A stretch of DNA of 64,000 bases from Bordetella parapertussis. Lineage in GTDB: Bacteria > Pseudomonadota > Gammaproteobacteria > Burkholderiales > SG8-39. The notes beneath the pieces were generated by a model, which saw only the letters and a program-made list of their open reading frames with translations, was not told where the DNA came from and ran no database searches. The translations under genes were made by a program, and so were the position numbers. Below are positions 28,547 through 37,556 of the stretch, in pieces (positions within the stretch are counted from its first letter, which is position 1; the number at the start of each line of letters is the position of its first letter). Location: contig CAMAXP010000021.1 in assembly GCA_945862265.1 (NCBI GenBank), forward strand, positions 2,091-66,090, given 5' to 3'.

Positions 28547-29410
28547 ATGAGCAACCTTCGCAGCCTCCTCGCCTCGGGCGAATTCATCGTCGCCCCCGGC
28601 GTGTACGAAATGTTCTCTGCGCGCATCGCCGATCGCATGGATTTCAATGCGCTGTACATGACCGGCTACGGCGTGTCGGTGTCGCACCTCGGCCTCGCGG
28701 ACGCCGGCCTGGTCACCTACCGCGACATGGTGGAGCGCGCGCGCACAATCGCCGGCGGGATCTCCAAGCCGCTGATCGCGGACGCCGACACCGGCTTCGG
28801 CGGCCTGATCAACATCCGCGAGACAGTGCGCGGCTACGAGGCTGCCGGCGTCCAGGCCATGCAGATGGAAGACCAGGAGATGCCGAAGAAATGCGGCCAC
28901 ACGCCCAACCGGCGCGTGGTGCCGCTGAAGGACATGCTGAAGCGCATCGAGGTCGCGCTGGATGCCCGGCGCAGCAAGGACTTCCTGATCATTGCCCGGA
29001 CCGACGCCCGTACGGCGCACGGCATCGACGAAGCCATTGCCCGCGGCAAGGCGTTCGCCCAGGCCGGCGCAGACATCGTGTTCGTCGAATCGCCGGAATC
29101 GGAAGACGAATTCCGCAAGGTGGGCGAAGCCCTGCGCGGGAAGGCGTGGCTGCTCGCGAACATGGTGCCCACGGGCCGCTCGCCGGTGGTGTCGAAGGAG
29201 AAGCTCATCGAGTACGGGTTCTCCATCGCCATCTACCCGAGCGCGGGCATGGCGGCCGCCTGCGCGGCGCTCGATGGCGCCTACCGCCACCTGCTGGCGC
29301 ACGGCAGCACCGACGGCAGCCCGGTCCCGGCCTGGGACATGAACCAGATGCACGACCTCGCCGGGTTCGCCGACGTATGGTCATTCGAAAAGAAATACGC
29401 GGAGGCCTGA
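28547..29410 (+). CDS. Isocitrate lyase/PEP mutase superfamily enzyme (2-methylisocitrate lyase / 2,3-dimethylmalate lyase / carboxyvinyl-carboxyphosphonate phosphorylmutase-like)
   Basis: 287 aa. Motifs: PGVYE..SA, YMTGYG, ADADTGFGG, EDQ..PKKCGH, ARTDA, FVESP. Confidence 0.82.
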   Translation: MSNLRSLLASGEFIVAPGVYEMFSARIADRMDFNALYMTGYGVSVSHLGLADAGLVTYRDMVERARTIAGGISKPLIADADTGFGGLINIRETVRGYEAAGVQAMQMEDQEMPKKCGHTPNRRVVPLKDMLKRIEVALDARRSKDFLIIARTDARTAHGIDEAIARGKAFAQAGADIVFVESPESEDEFRKVGEALRGKAWLLANMVPTGRSPVVSKEKLIEYGFSIAIYPSAGMAAACAALDGAYRHLLAHGSTDGSPVPAWDMNQMHDLAGFADVWSFEKKYAEA

Positions 29411-29411
29411 C

Positions 29412-30794
29412 TTGGGAAAGACGCTGTTTGAAAAGATCTGGGACGAGCACGTAGTCGCCGACCTCGGCGGCGGCGCGAGCCTCCTGCACGTGGACCGGCA
29501 TTACCTGCACGAGTTGTGCATCAGCCGGGGCTTCCCGACGCTGCACGAGCGCGGCCTGCCGGTGCGCAACCCCGACCTCACCTTTGCTACGCCGGACCAC
29601 GTGATCTCGTCGGCGCCGGGCCGTACCGGCGGGGCGTTCCCGTGGTCGATCAAGGTCATGGACACCATGCGCATCGAGACCGCCAAGGCGGGCATCCGCC
29701 TCTTCGACATCGACCAGGACGGCCAGGGGATCCTGCACGTGATCGGGCCGGAGCTCGGGCTCACGCTGCCGGGCACCACGGTGATCTGCGGCGACAGCCA
29801 CACCTGCACCAATGGCGCGCTGGGCGCGCTTGCGTTCGGCATCGGCATCAGCGAAGTGGTCCACATCCTCGCGACGCAGACCATCGTGCAGAGAAAGCCC
29901 AAGACCATGCGGGCCAACATCGAGGGCGTGATGGCCCGGGGCGTGTATTCCAAGGACCTGATCCTCGCGCTGATCGGCAAGGTCGGCGCCGCCGGCGGCG
30001 CGGGCTACGCGATCGAGTACGCCGGCAGCGCGGTGCGCGCCCTCGAGCTCGAAGCGCGGATGACGCTGTGCAACCTGTCGATCGAACTGGGATCGAAGAC
30101 CGGCATGGTCGCCCCCGACGAGAAGACCTACGCCTACGTGAAGGGCCGCCGCTTCGCGCCCAAGGACGCGCAGTACGACGCGGCCGTGGCGCACTGGAAG
30201 ACGATCACCACCGACGCGGACGCGAAATTCGACGCCGAAGTCTCGCTCGAGGTCTCGGGCCTGCCGCCGCAAATCACCTGGGGCACCAGCCCCGAGGACG
30301 TGATCGGCGTGGACGGGCGCATCCCCGAACCCCGCCACGTATCGAAGTCCGAAGCCCTCGCCTACATGGGGCTTTCGGCCGGCGACCGGATCGCGGGCAC
30401 GAAGGTAGATCGCGTGTTCGTCGGGTCCTGCACCAATTCGAGAATCTCCGACCTTCGCATCGCCGCGGAAGTGGCGCGGGGCCGCAAGGTCGCCAAGCAC
30501 GTCGAGGCCTGGATCGTGCCCGGCTCGGTGGGCGTCAAAAAGGAAGCCGAGGCCGAAGGCCTGCACGAGATCTTCCTCGAAGCCGGCTTCCAGTGGCGCG
30601 AACCGGGCTGCTCGATGTGCGTGGGCGTGAACGAGGAGTGGGCCGCGCCCAAGGCGCGCTGCGTCTCCACCTCCAACCGCAACTTCGTCGGCCGCCAGGG
30701 TCCCGAGGTGCGCACCCACCTCGCCAGCCCCGCGATGGCCGCTGCCGCCGCGATCGCAGGCGAGATCGCCGATGTCCGACAGTTCATGCGCTGA
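29412..30794 (+). CDS. Aconitase-family hydro-lyase large subunit (3-isopropylmalate dehydratase LeuC-like paralogue)
   Basis: 460 aa with a TTG start. Motifs: MGKTLFEKIWDEHVV, HVDRHYLHE, GDSHT, and the Cys ligand contexts GSCTNSR and GCSMCVG. Confidence 0.85.
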   Translation: MGKTLFEKIWDEHVVADLGGGASLLHVDRHYLHELCISRGFPTLHERGLPVRNPDLTFATPDHVISSAPGRTGGAFPWSIKVMDTMRIETAKAGIRLFDIDQDGQGILHVIGPELGLTLPGTTVICGDSHTCTNGALGALAFGIGISEVVHILATQTIVQRKPKTMRANIEGVMARGVYSKDLILALIGKVGAAGGAGYAIEYAGSAVRALELEARMTLCNLSIELGSKTGMVAPDEKTYAYVKGRRFAPKDAQYDAAVAHWKTITTDADAKFDAEVSLEVSGLPPQITWGTSPEDVIGVDGRIPEPRHVSKSEALAYMGLSAGDRIAGTKVDRVFVGSCTNSRISDLRIAAEVARGRKVAKHVEAWIVPGSVGVKKEAEAEGLHEIFLEAGFQWREPGCSMCVGVNEEWAAPKARCVSTSNRNFVGRQGPEVRTHLASPAMAAAAAIAGEIADVRQFMR

Positions 30795-30796
30795 CC

Positions 30797-31411
30797 ATGG
30801 AAAAATTCACCACCTTCACCGCCGTCGCCGCCTACTACCCACGCGCCAACGTCGACACCGACCTCATCATCCGGGTCGAGCGCTGCGCCAAGGTCGAAAA
30901 GAACGGCCTCGGCAAATACGCCTTCGAAATGGCCCGGTTCCTCGCCGATGGCAGCGACAACCCGGAATTCCCGCTGAACAACGGCCCGTTCCGGCAGGCG
31001 CAGATCCTCGTCGGGAGCATCAACTTCGGCTGTGGCAGTTCGCGCGAGATGGCCGTGTGGGCGATCGCCGGGATGGGCATCCGCTGCGTGATCGCCCCCT
31101 CGTTCGGCGAGATCTTCTTCGGCAACTGCTTCCAGAACGGCCTGCTGCCGGTGATCCTGCCGCAGGCGACAGTGGAAAAAATCGGCGCCGCCCTGGCGGC
31201 CGACCCCGCCAAAGCGAAACTGACGGTCGACCTCAGCCGGCAGGTCGTGGTGGCACCGGACGGATCGGAGCACGCCTTTGCGATCGAACCTTTGCGGAAG
31301 AAGGCGTTGCTCGAGGGTCTCGACGAGATCGGGCTGACGCGCCTGCGCGAACCGGAGATCGTGGCCTTCCAGGCCCGGGATCGCGTGAAGCGGCCCTGGA
31401 TCTACGTCTGA
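30797..31411 (+). CDS. Aconitase-family hydro-lyase small subunit (LeuD-like paralogue)
   Basis: Start ATG 30797 lies 2 nt after the large-subunit stop. 204 aa. Motifs DTDLII, NFGCGSSRE.A, VIAPSFGEIF..N. It appears in the track only as the tail of the artefactual 631-aa ORF 29516..31411. Confidence 0.85.
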   Translation: MEKFTTFTAVAAYYPRANVDTDLIIRVERCAKVEKNGLGKYAFEMARFLADGSDNPEFPLNNGPFRQAQILVGSINFGCGSSREMAVWAIAGMGIRCVIAPSFGEIFFGNCFQNGLLPVILPQATVEKIGAALAADPAKAKLTVDLSRQVVVAPDGSEHAFAIEPLRKKALLEGLDEIGLTRLREPEIVAFQARDRVKRPWIYV

Positions 31412-31463
31412 ATTCAGGACTTTTACTTAACAAGATCGGCTCTGGGAGCCGTTCTCCGGTGAG

Positions 31464-31949
31464 TTAACGAACCGGTACCGGTACATCTCCGGCGGCGAGT
31501 CCGAGCCACCACCCCGGAACCCGGACGCCCGGGTCGTCGGGTTCGAAGCGCCAATCGCCGGTGCCTGCCGCATCCTCCCAGAGCAACGAGTGCGCACCAA
31601 GGCGACGCACCTCCCCTGCGCGGGACCATCGCCCGGCCACGGCGGTAAACAGGCCACGCTGCGCGAACCCCGCATCCCAGGCCACGCCAGGCGTCGCCTG
31701 CTCGATTGAGCCCCTTGCGCCCCGAATCATCAGATTGAGGTCACGCGTGGGGCCGTCGAGCAGCCTGCAGCCGGGCGCGGCGCCACCCTCGAACCGCAAT
31801 GGGGGATCTTCCGCGCGGACCGCCCGCTCGCCCTCAGCAAATGTCAGAGAGACCCCGGTACCGGACAGCACCACGAACCAGCGCTCGACCCCGGGAAAAG
31901 CGGAGAACGGGCCGTCTGCGGCAATATCCGCCATGCTGATGCGCAGCAC
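31464..31949 (-). CDS. HutD-family protein; the N-terminus is probably longer than the canonical-start ORF
   Basis: 161-aa track ORF (GTG start). The in-frame upstream sequence, with no ATG/GTG/TTG, encodes ...FLAIRVIEAGAVPPQPWRNGGGTTRELLAWPSAADW. This contains the W.NGGG.T.E motif I associate with the HutD N-terminus. See the corresponding finding. Confidence 0.6.
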   Translation of the reverse strand: MLRISMADIAADGPFSAFPGVERWFVVLSGTGVSLTFAEGERAVRAEDPPLRFEGGAAPGCRLLDGPTRDLNLMIRGARGSIEQATPGVAWDAGFAQRGLFTAVAGRWSRAGEVRRLGAHSLLWEDAAGTGDWRFEPDDPGVRVPGWWLGLAAGDVPVPVR

Positions 31950-32058
31950 CCAGTCGGCTGCGGAGGGCCACGCAAGGAGTTCGCGCGTGGTCCCACCGCC
32001 GTTACGCCAGGGTTGCGGCGGGACGGCGCCCGCCTCGATGACGCGGATCGCCAGGAAG

Positions 32059-33129
32059 CTAGGCCTTGGCCTTGCGGTTGAGCTCCAGCCGGGCGTCGAC
32101 CAACGCGACCACTTCGTCGAGCACGGCCGACTTCATCCCCTTCTGCGCCGCCACGGTCTTCACCAGCCGGTCGACGCGCTCGATGTTGGGCGCCCCGCCG
32201 AACAGGGCACGGGCCGCCGAGGACGGGTTCGCAAGGCCCTGCGCCGCCGCCGCGTACTTCTCGAACGGGACGAGGTCCTTCTCGTTGGCGCCGAGCGACA
32301 CGCAGAGTTGCACCACCCAGTTGAACACGTCCCGCGAGGCAGCGAGGTCCGAGTGCACCGCGTCCTTGATCGGGCGCATGCCGTCCTTAGTGATGCAGCG
32401 GTAGTTGCCGGCGATCAGCATGGCCCACTTGGCCAGCGGCACGAAGACCGACTCGTGGACTTTCAACTTCACCGGCAGCTCGATCTTCTCGGTGCCGGTA
32501 TCGAACCGCACGGCCTCGATGTCGGCCGCCAGCCCGCGCAGCATGGCGGTGTGCTCGTCGGACACGAAGCGCGCCGACTTGAAGTTGGTCGGCAGGCGGA
32601 CCTGCAGCACGTTGACCTTGTCCTCGGGCGGGCGGAAGGCCTGCGGGTCGGGGCTGCACAGCGTCATCGTGGCGGGGTCGAAGCTGTCCCAGACCTCGGG
32701 GCCGGCGTAGCACTCGCGGCAGGCCTTGACGTCGATGCCGGGAACGCGGGCGAGGTAGGGCAGCGGCGGCATGTTCATGATCGACATGCATGGGACTCTC
32801 GACTTGGCCACCGCGTCGAGCAGCTCCCTCACGCCGGGCGAACGGTACTGCGGCTCCTGCATGGCCAGCACGACCAGGTCGTAGTCGGCGGGATTGGCCG
32901 ACTGCGGGTCGCCCGCGGTCAGCTTGCCCGGCGCCTTGCGCGAATCGAGCTGCACCAGCCCTTCACGGCCCTTGATCGGCATGCGCACGATCGCGCCCTC
33001 CGAATTGAACAGTTCGGCCTCGGCCGGCAGGCAGATCAACTTCACGTTGTGCCCGGCAAGCAGGAGCTTGATGGCGAGCAGCGACCCGTAGGACGCGCCC
33101 ATGATGAGGATGTTGCGTGGTGTGGCCAT
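32059..33129 (-). CDS. NAD(P)-binding Rossmann-fold oxidoreductase, ketopantoate-reductase (ApbA/PanE)-like; specific function unknown
   Basis: 356 aa. The N-terminal NILIMGASYGSLLAIKLLLAGHNV is a dinucleotide-binding motif. The family assignment is from overall resemblance only. Confidence 0.45.
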   Translation of the reverse strand: MATPRNILIMGASYGSLLAIKLLLAGHNVKLICLPAEAELFNSEGAIVRMPIKGREGLVQLDSRKAPGKLTAGDPQSANPADYDLVVLAMQEPQYRSPGVRELLDAVAKSRVPCMSIMNMPPLPYLARVPGIDVKACRECYAGPEVWDSFDPATMTLCSPDPQAFRPPEDKVNVLQVRLPTNFKSARFVSDEHTAMLRGLAADIEAVRFDTGTEKIELPVKLKVHESVFVPLAKWAMLIAGNYRCITKDGMRPIKDAVHSDLAASRDVFNWVVQLCVSLGANEKDLVPFEKYAAAAQGLANPSSAARALFGGAPNIERVDRLVKTVAAQKGMKSAVLDEVVALVDARLELNRKAKA

Positions 33130-33264
33130 GTTCCTGTCTCCAGCTGTTTTAGTGGATGTGTTCCCATGCTATGCAATGCGCTTTCACGATGCAATGTGCA
33201 TTCCGCATACGGGACCCCTGCTGCAGTGCAACCACGCGCGAGGTGCGCGTGTGTAAATCTCTTC

Positions 33265-33756
33265 CTACCGAATCCGGTAGATCGCGTCGTCGAAGTTGCC
33301 GCGCGAAACGGACAGCCAGCCGCGCTTGCCCGTGGAGAGGGAAGAAAGCATCGCACGGTCCGCGCCCTGCTCCCAGAGCACCTTGTAAACGAGGCGCGCT
33401 TCCTTGTTCTTGTTGAGGAGGGTGTCCTTCGACTCGGATACCGGCGCGCCGTAACGCTTTTTCAGGTTGGCGGCCACGACTTCAATCAGCCCGGTATCGA
33501 AGCGAACGTCGAACCCCTGCACCGAGTCGGACTTGAGGTAGACGGTCACGCGCGCTTCCACCCCGGCGAACGAGACCTTGGCATCATCGCAGCGGCGGTC
33601 GGCCGCATCGGATTTCCACTCGAGGGGCTTGCAGCGAATCCCGGGGAAAACTTTCTTTACCGCCGCCTCGTTGTCGCCGAGCTTTACGCCGTTGGCATCG
33701 AACGCCCCCAGCGCCATCGCAGGCGAAAGGAGGAGGAGCAGCAGGAGTCGTCTCAT
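33265..33756 (-). CDS. Hypothetical secreted protein
   Basis: Start ATG 33756-33754 (MRRLLLLLLLSPAMALGAFD, signal peptide) overlaps the tag stop as ATGA. 163 aa. I recognise no family. Confidence 0.55.
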   Translation of the reverse strand: MRRLLLLLLLSPAMALGAFDANGVKLGDNEAAVKKVFPGIRCKPLEWKSDAADRRCDDAKVSFAGVEARVTVYLKSDSVQGFDVRFDTGLIEVVAANLKKRYGAPVSESKDTLLNKNKEARLVYKVLWEQGADRAMLSSLSTGKRGWLSVSRGNFDDAIYRIR

Positions 33757-34331
33757 TTGCTCAGTTCCCGGTGGCGAAAGCACTGCGCCAGGTGGTCGTT
33801 CACCATCCCGGTGGCCTGCATGAATGCGTACATGATGGTCGTTCCCACGAACTTGAAGCCGCGCTTCTTCAGGTCCTTGGACAACGCGTCGGACACTTCG
33901 GTTCGCGTCGGGATGTCGCCGGAGGTCTTGCGCCTGCCCTGCACCGGCTTGCCGCCGACAAATCCCCACACGTACTTCGCGAAACTGCCGTACTCCTGCT
34001 GGACGGCGAGGAAGGCCTTTGCGTTGGTCACCGAGGCTTCGATCTTCGCGCGATTGCGGATGATGCCGGCATCGCCCATGAGGCTGGCCTTTTCCTTCTC
34101 CCCGTACCGCGCGACCTTGGTCGGGTCAAATCCGCCGAAAACCTTGCGATAGTGCTCACGCTTCTTCAGTACCGTGTCCCAGGAAAGACCGGCTTGCGCA
34201 CCCTCCAGGATCAGGAACTCGAACAGGACCCGATCATCCCGGACCGGCACCCCCCATTCACGATCGTGGTAATCGATGGCAAGCGGGTTGCCCGGCCAGC
34301 TGCAGCGCTTCTTTTCAGGCGACGGCGACAT
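33753..34331 (-). CDS. tag: DNA-3-methyladenine glycosylase I
   Basis: Start ATG 34331-34329. 192 aa. Collinear with E. coli Tag as I recall it: RCSW..NPL...YHD.EWGVP, FEFL.LEGAQAGLSW.TVLKKRE.YR, AGIIRNR.KI, LSKDLKKRGFKFVGTTI.YAFMQA.GMVNDH. Confidence 0.92.
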   Translation of the reverse strand: MSPSPEKKRCSWPGNPLAIDYHDREWGVPVRDDRVLFEFLILEGAQAGLSWDTVLKKREHYRKVFGGFDPTKVARYGEKEKASLMGDAGIIRNRAKIEASVTNAKAFLAVQQEYGSFAKYVWGFVGGKPVQGRRKTSGDIPTRTEVSDALSKDLKKRGFKFVGTTIMYAFMQATGMVNDHLAQCFRHRELSK

Positions 34332-34998
34332 TGCGTGCAAAGCCCGCGTGCAGATCGAGGATGCGCTCGCGCCAGGCGGCCAGCGGGTCGTCTGCACCGA
34401 GGAGCGCCGCCGGGCTGCCCACACGCGCCCACTGGAACACGGAGAACACGATGTAGTCGGCATAGGCGGGGGCTGCGCCGCAGACGAACGGCTGGCGCTT
34501 GATGACCGCCCGCAACGGGTCGAGTGTGCGGCCGAGGCGCTCGATCGCCTTGTCGCGGCCTGCAACGGTGTCTTCGAGCCGGCACTTGAGAAAGCCTTCC
34601 ATCATGCCGCGGAAGAACTCCCTGTCGGCCGGGTCGATGCGCTCGAACACGTCGGCGACGATGATCGGCATCACTGCGGGCACCAGCGTACGGTCCGCCC
34701 AAACGTTGAAGGTGTGGCTCAGGCCCTGCCCGATGGGGCCGCCGAAGAGCGATGGCCCCTGGGGATAGGTGGCCTCGAGGTATTCGGCGATCTTCCAGGA
34801 GTCGCGGACGACGGTTTCGCCGTCCCGAACGACCGGGACGGTCTTGCCACCCGAAAAGGCGATCGCGGGCTTGTCCGACATCAGCACCGGGCATGACTCG
34901 AACGCAAGGCCCTTGTGGGCCAGCGCCATGCGGGTGCGCCAGGAGAACAGGCTGTAATACCTGGCGCCTGTGCCTTTCAGTTCGTAGAGCTTGATCAT
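34315..34998 (-). CDS. Glutathione S-transferase family protein
   Basis: 227 aa with an N-terminal thioredoxin-like GST domain (MIKLYEL...SLFSWRTRMALAHKGL...VPVVRDGETVVRDSWKIAEYLE). Its 3' end overlaps the tag start by 17 nt. Confidence 0.75.
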   Translation of the reverse strand: MIKLYELKGTGARYYSLFSWRTRMALAHKGLAFESCPVLMSDKPAIAFSGGKTVPVVRDGETVVRDSWKIAEYLEATYPQGPSLFGGPIGQGLSHTFNVWADRTLVPAVMPIIVADVFERIDPADREFFRGMMEGFLKCRLEDTVAGRDKAIERLGRTLDPLRAVIKRQPFVCGAAPAYADYIVFSVFQWARVGSPAALLGADDPLAAWRERILDLHAGFARNVAVA

Positions 34999-35049
34999 GC
35001 AGGTCTATCCTGGTTCGGTTTGCGCGAACCACGATTCTACCCGCCCGGC

Positions 35050-35214
35050 CTACTCCGCCCTGGCGCCCGTGACCCGTACGACGTTCTTCCAGCGCTCGAG
35101 CTCGGACCGCAGGTAGGCCGAATACTCGCCCGGCGACGATCCCACCGGCAGGACCAGCGGTACCGAGATGGTCTGGGTCACCGGCTCGAAGCGCAGAACC
35201 CGCAGGAAATTCAT
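35050..35214 (-). pseudogene. Remnant of a Bug/TctC-family binding-protein gene (C-terminal 54 codons only)
   Basis: Own codon-by-codon translation: [54 protein letters not shown]. The last roughly 30 aa align with the C-termini of the intact Bug proteins in this window (e.g. KPEEYAAQIRADLARWAPVVKQANIRIE). The ATG overlaps the upstream stop as ATGA. It is below the ORF-track size cutoff. Confidence 0.6.
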
Positions 35215-37547
35215 GATGTCTCCCCCTCACCTTTGACTTCGTGCGATGCCGGGCGCTGCGCAATCTTGCCTGCAGCCCAGTCGGCCCGGTCCTGTACGGC
35301 CAGCCGATAGGCCTGGTCGCGGCCCGAAAGGTACGGCTTGGGCCAGGCCTGGCCCATGTGCTGGTACCAGGCCGAGGCGTGCAGCGTGAAGTACGGGTCG
35401 GACAGGTGCGGCCGCGCGAGCGCCACGAGATCGGCGCGTCCCGACACGACGATCGTGTTCACCTGGTCTGCGTTGACGATGTTGCCGACGGACATCGTCG
35501 CAATGCCGACTTCGTTGCGGATCTTGTCGGAGAACGGGAGCTGGTACATGCGCCCGTACACCGGCTTCTGGTCGGCGACCACCTGTCCGGTGGACACATC
35601 GATGAGGTCGGCGCCCGCGTCCTTGAATAGCCGGGCAAGCGCGAGCAGGTCGGCCTCGGACAGACCGCCTGGGGCCCAGTCCGTGGCCGAGACTCGCACC
35701 GACATCGGCTTGTCCTCGGGCCACGCCGTGCGCATCGCTTTGAACACTTCCAGCGGGAAGCGCGCGCGGTTTTCGATCGACCCGCCGTACTCGTCCTTGC
35801 GCAGGTTGGTCAGCGGCGAAATGAAGGACGACAGCAGGTACCCGTGCGCGGCATGCATCTCGACCATGTCGAAGCCGGCTTCGTGCGCGTAACGGGTCGA
35901 GCGCACGAAATCGGCCACGATCTTGTCCATGTCCGCACGAGTGAGGGCGCGCGGTGTGTGGGAATCCGGCGAATACGGCAGCGGCGAAGGGGCGACCAGG
36001 TCCCAGTTCCCGTCGGGCAGCGGATGGTCCATGCGATCCCAGCCCAGCTGCGTGGAGCCTTTTCGACCGGCATGCCCGAGCTGCAGGCAGAGCTTCGCCT
36101 TCGATTGCGCATGGCAGAACTCCACGATCCGCTTCCACGCATCGCGTTGCGCGTCGTTCCACAGCCCGGTGCACCCGGGGGTGATCCGCGCTTCGGGGGA
36201 CGGGCAAGTCATCTCCACAAATACGAGGCCCGCCCCGCCGATGGCGCGACTGCCAAGGTGCACGAGATGCCAATCGGTCGGCATGCCGTCCACGGCCATG
36301 TACTGGTCCATGGGCGAGACCACGACGCGGTTCTCGAGCGTCATCCCACGCAACCGGAAAGGCAGGAACATCGGCGGTGGCGGGTTGGCAAGGTCGACAT
36401 CGAACCCCTGCGCCTTCACCTTTTGCGCGAACCAGTTCGTGACATCGCTGAGGAATTTCTCGTCGCGCAACCGCACGTTCTCGTAGGTGATCTGCTTGGA
36501 GCGAGACATCACGCCGAATGCGAACTGCAGCGGGTCCATGCCCCAGTACCGCGGCATGTTCTCGAACCATGCGAGGGAAACGTCCGCTGCGTGCTGGGTC
36601 TTCTCGACGTCCTCGCGGCGCTGCGAATCGTAGTGCGCCAGCGCGGGCTTGACCCCGCCCTGCTTGCGGAACGCCTCGAACAAGGCGATCGCATCTTCCA
36701 TGGCCAGCTTGGTGCCCGAGCCGATCGAGAAGTGCGCGGTGGCCTTGGCGTCTCCCACCAGCACCACGTTGTCCATGATCCAGGTGGCATTGCGGATCGT
36801 GGGGAAGTTGCGCCACAGGGAGCGGTTGGCGATCAGCTTATGGCCGTCCAGCTCCTCGGCAAAGATGCCTTCGATAGTCGCCAGCATCGCGGCTTCGTCC
36901 ATCTTGTCGAAGCCGAACTTCTCCCAGGTATCGGCATTGGTCTCGATGACCCAGGTCGAGGCGCCCTTTTCGTACTGGTAGCAGTGCGCCAGCACTATCC
37001 CGTTGGGCGTTTCGCGGAAGAAATACTTGAACGCGTCCATCGGAAGGGTCGAGCCCAGCCAGGTGAACTTGTTCGGCCGCAGGTCCACGCTGGGCCTGAA
37101 GTGGTCCTTGTGCGACTCGCGCACCCGGGAGTTGATGCCGTCGGCCGCGACGATGAGGTCCGAATCCGGGAAGTCCTCGACGCCGCCGACCTCCTTCTGG
37201 AACTGGAGCTTCACGCCGAGCTCCTGCGCGCGCTCCTGCAGGAGCCGCAGCAGCGTCATGCGGGAGCAGCCGCAGAACCCGTTGCCTGCGCAACGGATGG
37301 TCTGGCCCTTGTAGACGACATCGACGTCGCCCCAGTACGCGAAGGCGCGGCGGATCGCTTCGTAGGACGGCTCGTCGTACCCGCGGAACGTACCGAGGGT
37401 TTCGTCGGAGAAAACCACGCCGAAACCGAAGGTGTCGTCGGGACGGTTGCGCTCGCAGACCGTGATGTCCCAGGCCGGCCACTGCTTCTTGGCCAGCACC
37501 GCGAAGTACAGGCCGCCGGGGCCCCCACCGATGATCGTGACTTTCAT
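35211..37547 (-). CDS. Bifunctional aromatic acyl-CoA monooxygenase/reductase: 2-aminobenzoyl-CoA monooxygenase/reductase (AbmA-like), also annotated as salicylyl-CoA 5-hydroxylase/oxidoreductase
   Basis: 778 aa. The N-terminal FAD aromatic hydroxylase half ([46 protein letters not shown]) is fused to a C-terminal Old-Yellow-Enzyme half ([42 protein letters not shown]). Confidence 0.85.
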   Translation of the reverse strand: MKVTIIGGGPGGLYFAVLAKKQWPAWDITVCERNRPDDTFGFGVVFSDETLGTFRGYDEPSYEAIRRAFAYWGDVDVVYKGQTIRCAGNGFCGCSRMTLLRLLQERAQELGVKLQFQKEVGGVEDFPDSDLIVAADGINSRVRESHKDHFRPSVDLRPNKFTWLGSTLPMDAFKYFFRETPNGIVLAHCYQYEKGASTWVIETNADTWEKFGFDKMDEAAMLATIEGIFAEELDGHKLIANRSLWRNFPTIRNATWIMDNVVLVGDAKATAHFSIGSGTKLAMEDAIALFEAFRKQGGVKPALAHYDSQRREDVEKTQHAADVSLAWFENMPRYWGMDPLQFAFGVMSRSKQITYENVRLRDEKFLSDVTNWFAQKVKAQGFDVDLANPPPPMFLPFRLRGMTLENRVVVSPMDQYMAVDGMPTDWHLVHLGSRAIGGAGLVFVEMTCPSPEARITPGCTGLWNDAQRDAWKRIVEFCHAQSKAKLCLQLGHAGRKGSTQLGWDRMDHPLPDGNWDLVAPSPLPYSPDSHTPRALTRADMDKIVADFVRSTRYAHEAGFDMVEMHAAHGYLLSSFISPLTNLRKDEYGGSIENRARFPLEVFKAMRTAWPEDKPMSVRVSATDWAPGGLSEADLLALARLFKDAGADLIDVSTGQVVADQKPVYGRMYQLPFSDKIRNEVGIATMSVGNIVNADQVNTIVVSGRADLVALARPHLSDPYFTLHASAWYQHMGQAWPKPYLSGRDQAYRLAVQDRADWAAGKIAQRPASHEVKGEGETS

Positions 37548-37556
37548 GGTCGCCCC

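Noticed and set aside
27431-29353. 640-aa minus-strand ORF
   Set aside because: It is antisense to the Bug and ICL/PEP-mutase-family genes. No motifs, and an Arg/Gly/His/Asp-rich composition.
29516-31411. 631-aa plus-strand ORF
   Set aside because: The first roughly 427 codons are an out-of-frame read through the LeuC-like gene. Only the final 204 codons (from ATG 30797) form the LeuD-like small subunit.
29412-31411. Calling the LeuC/LeuD-like pair leucine-biosynthetic leuCD
   Set aside because: There is no leuA or leuB nearby. The genes are tightly coupled to a Bug binding protein and an ICL/PEP-mutase-family lyase, so a catabolic paralogue is more likely. I therefore left the gene symbols blank.
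31561-34152. 863-aa plus-strand ORF
   Set aside because: It runs antisense across the HutD-like, oxidoreductase, hypothetical and tag genes. It has no domain signature and a heterogeneous composition.
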